The translations under genes and the position numbers were made by a program. A stretch of 64,000 bases of DNA from Methanomassiliicoccaceae archaeon (GTDB lineage Archaea; Thermoplasmatota; Thermoplasmata; Methanomassiliicoccales; UBA472): the NCBI GenBank assembly GCA_963751645.1, contig CAVVVD010000007.1:327841-391840 (forward strand). Direction: 5' to 3'. The notes under the pieces were generated by a model, which was given only the letters and a program-made list of their open reading frames with translations, ran no database searches and was not told where the DNA came from. This document shows, in pieces, positions 62,651 through 64,000 of this stretch (its first letter is position 1; every line of letters starts with the position of its first letter).

Positions 62651-63808
62651 ATGGTCGCACGCAGGATGGCCAACGTGCCCGAGTCTGGAACGGTCAAGAT
62701 CGCAAATGTGGTCAGCAAGCTGAAGACAGAGGGCGTGAAGGACATCATTTCCTTTTCCATGGGCGAACCAGACTTCCACACCCCGGAGCACATCACCGAA
62801 TCCTGCATCAAGTCCTTACATGACCATGAGACCTATTACACCCCATCGGCAGGCATCCCCGAGCTCAGGCAGGCGGTGGCCGACGACTTATCACGACGGA
62901 ACAACTTGCCATGCGCCATGAGGCACGTCCTCATCACGCCCACAAAGCACGCCATCTTCATGACGATGCTGGCGATGATCGATGAGGGGGACGAAGTGGT
63001 CGTCCCTGACCCTGCATGGGGCACGTTCGACGCATGCGCCCGCCTGGCCGGGGCTAACGTCCGTTATGCCAAGCTCGACCCCGAGAACGGATACAGGTTC
63101 ACACCGGAGTCTTTCGCGGACCAGATCACCAATAATACGAGGTTGGTCGTCTTAAACACCCCATCCAACCCCTGCGGCGCCGTTATGACGGCGGCAGACA
63201 TCAAGGGCATCGCTGACCTTTGCACGGACCATGATATATTCGTCCTTGCCGATGAGATATATGAGCGGTTGGTCTTCGAAGGGAAGCATCTATCTATCGG
63301 GTCGCTCGACGGAATGTTCGACCGGACCATAACGCTGGGAGGGCTTTCCAAGACCTATGCCATGACCGGGTGGCGCATCGGTTGGGCGGTAGCCCCCACA
63401 CCGATCTTCAATGAGCTGAACAAGCTTCAGACCCAGTCCATAACCTGCGTCGCATCCTTCGTGCAGCGGGCAGGCCTGATGGCATTGCAGGGCTCCCAGG
63501 ATCCCGTCCTTAAGATGGCGGAGGAGTTCAAGGCAAGACGAGATTTGATTTATAGTATGATCAAGGACATCCCCAAACTAACCTGCCCCAAACCCAATGG
63601 GGCCTTCTATCTTTTCCCCTCTTTCGACATGAAGATGCCTTCGGAGGACCTCGCGGCCTACCTGCTCGAGAAGGCCCATGTCGCCGTGACCCCTGGCAGT
63701 GCCTTCGGACCCTCTGGCGAGGGAAAGATACGCATCTCTTATGCAACGAGCAGGAAGGACATCATCGAGGGCATGCACCGGATCGGGGTGGCTCTGGATC
63801 AGCTATGA
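62651..63808 (+). CDS. PLP-dependent aminotransferase class I/II (aspartate aminotransferase-like)
   Basis: GEPDF, NTPSNPCG, DEIYE, SKTYAMTGWRIG, GAFY, PGSAFG, IRISYA. Confidence 0.9.
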   Translation: MVARRMANVPESGTVKIANVVSKLKTEGVKDIISFSMGEPDFHTPEHITESCIKSLHDHETYYTPSAGIPELRQAVADDLSRRNNLPCAMRHVLITPTKHAIFMTMLAMIDEGDEVVVPDPAWGTFDACARLAGANVRYAKLDPENGYRFTPESFADQITNNTRLVVLNTPSNPCGAVMTAADIKGIADLCTDHDIFVLADEIYERLVFEGKHLSIGSLDGMFDRTITLGGLSKTYAMTGWRIGWAVAPTPIFNELNKLQTQSITCVASFVQRAGLMALQGSQDPVLKMAEEFKARRDLIYSMIKDIPKLTCPKPNGAFYLFPSFDMKMPSEDLAAYLLEKAHVAVTPGSAFGPSGEGKIRISYATSRKDIIEGMHRIGVALDQL

Positions 63809-63809
63809 A

Positions 63810-63992
63810 TCAGCGGTCCTCGGGCGGTAACATGTTGGGGATCGAACCTTCGATGGGATAGGCCCTCTCGCACTTGGGACAGGTAAGCTCTCCTTCTATG
63901 ACATCCGCTCCCCGCTCGCTGCTCACCCGCAGGAGCAACGGGGAAGCCTTGCACACCGGGCAGGCGAGGATATCCAAGAGGTCCTTCTTCAT
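63810..63992 (-). CDS. Trm112-like methyltransferase activator
   Basis: [10 protein letters not shown]...EG.L.C..C...YPI...IPNML. Confidence 0.88.
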   Translation of the reverse strand: MKKDLLDILACPVCKASPLLLRVSSERGADVIEGELTCPKCERAYPIEGSIPNMLPPEDR

Positions 63993-64000
63993 AGTGAACG

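Noticed and set aside
1-64000. CRISPR array, rRNA or tRNA introns
   Set aside because: No regularly spaced direct repeats or rRNA-like tracts seen; the four tRNAs have normal length.

Overview
Archaeal chromosomal segment with GC-rich coding DNA and several AT-richer patches. Gene content (gatDE, purP, thyX, rps17e, rpoK-rps2-MEMO1, RPA pair, nep1, Trm112, DUF39/NIL homocysteine genes, hypE) fits a Thermoplasmatota archaeon, probably Methanomassiliicoccales. This is inference: no methanogenesis marker or rRNA lies in the window. There are about 60 CDS and four tRNAs (Arg-GCG, Thr-GGT, Val-TAC, Arg-TCG). I found no CRISPR array, integrase or transposase. Many genes, including essential gatD and gatE, carry 1-nt frameshifts, most simply read as long-read indel errors. 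Highlights: (1) a complete-motif heliorhodopsin transcribed divergently from a half-size ArsA ATPase plus a CC-motif thioredoxin/ArsD-like gene, with a class II photolyase about 7 kb away; (2) a K+ channel fused to a YHS metal-binding domain; (3) a sulfur-assimilation operon whose IscU has Cys->Asp and His->Asn ligand changes; (4) an AT-rich cluster of zinc-ribbon proteins, most with membrane helices, including a gene with no ATG/GTG/TTG start; (5) two paralogous secreted metallopeptidases; (6) a beta-propeller surface protein paired with a membrane-anchored HTH regulator. All family calls come from motif recognition by eye, not database searches.
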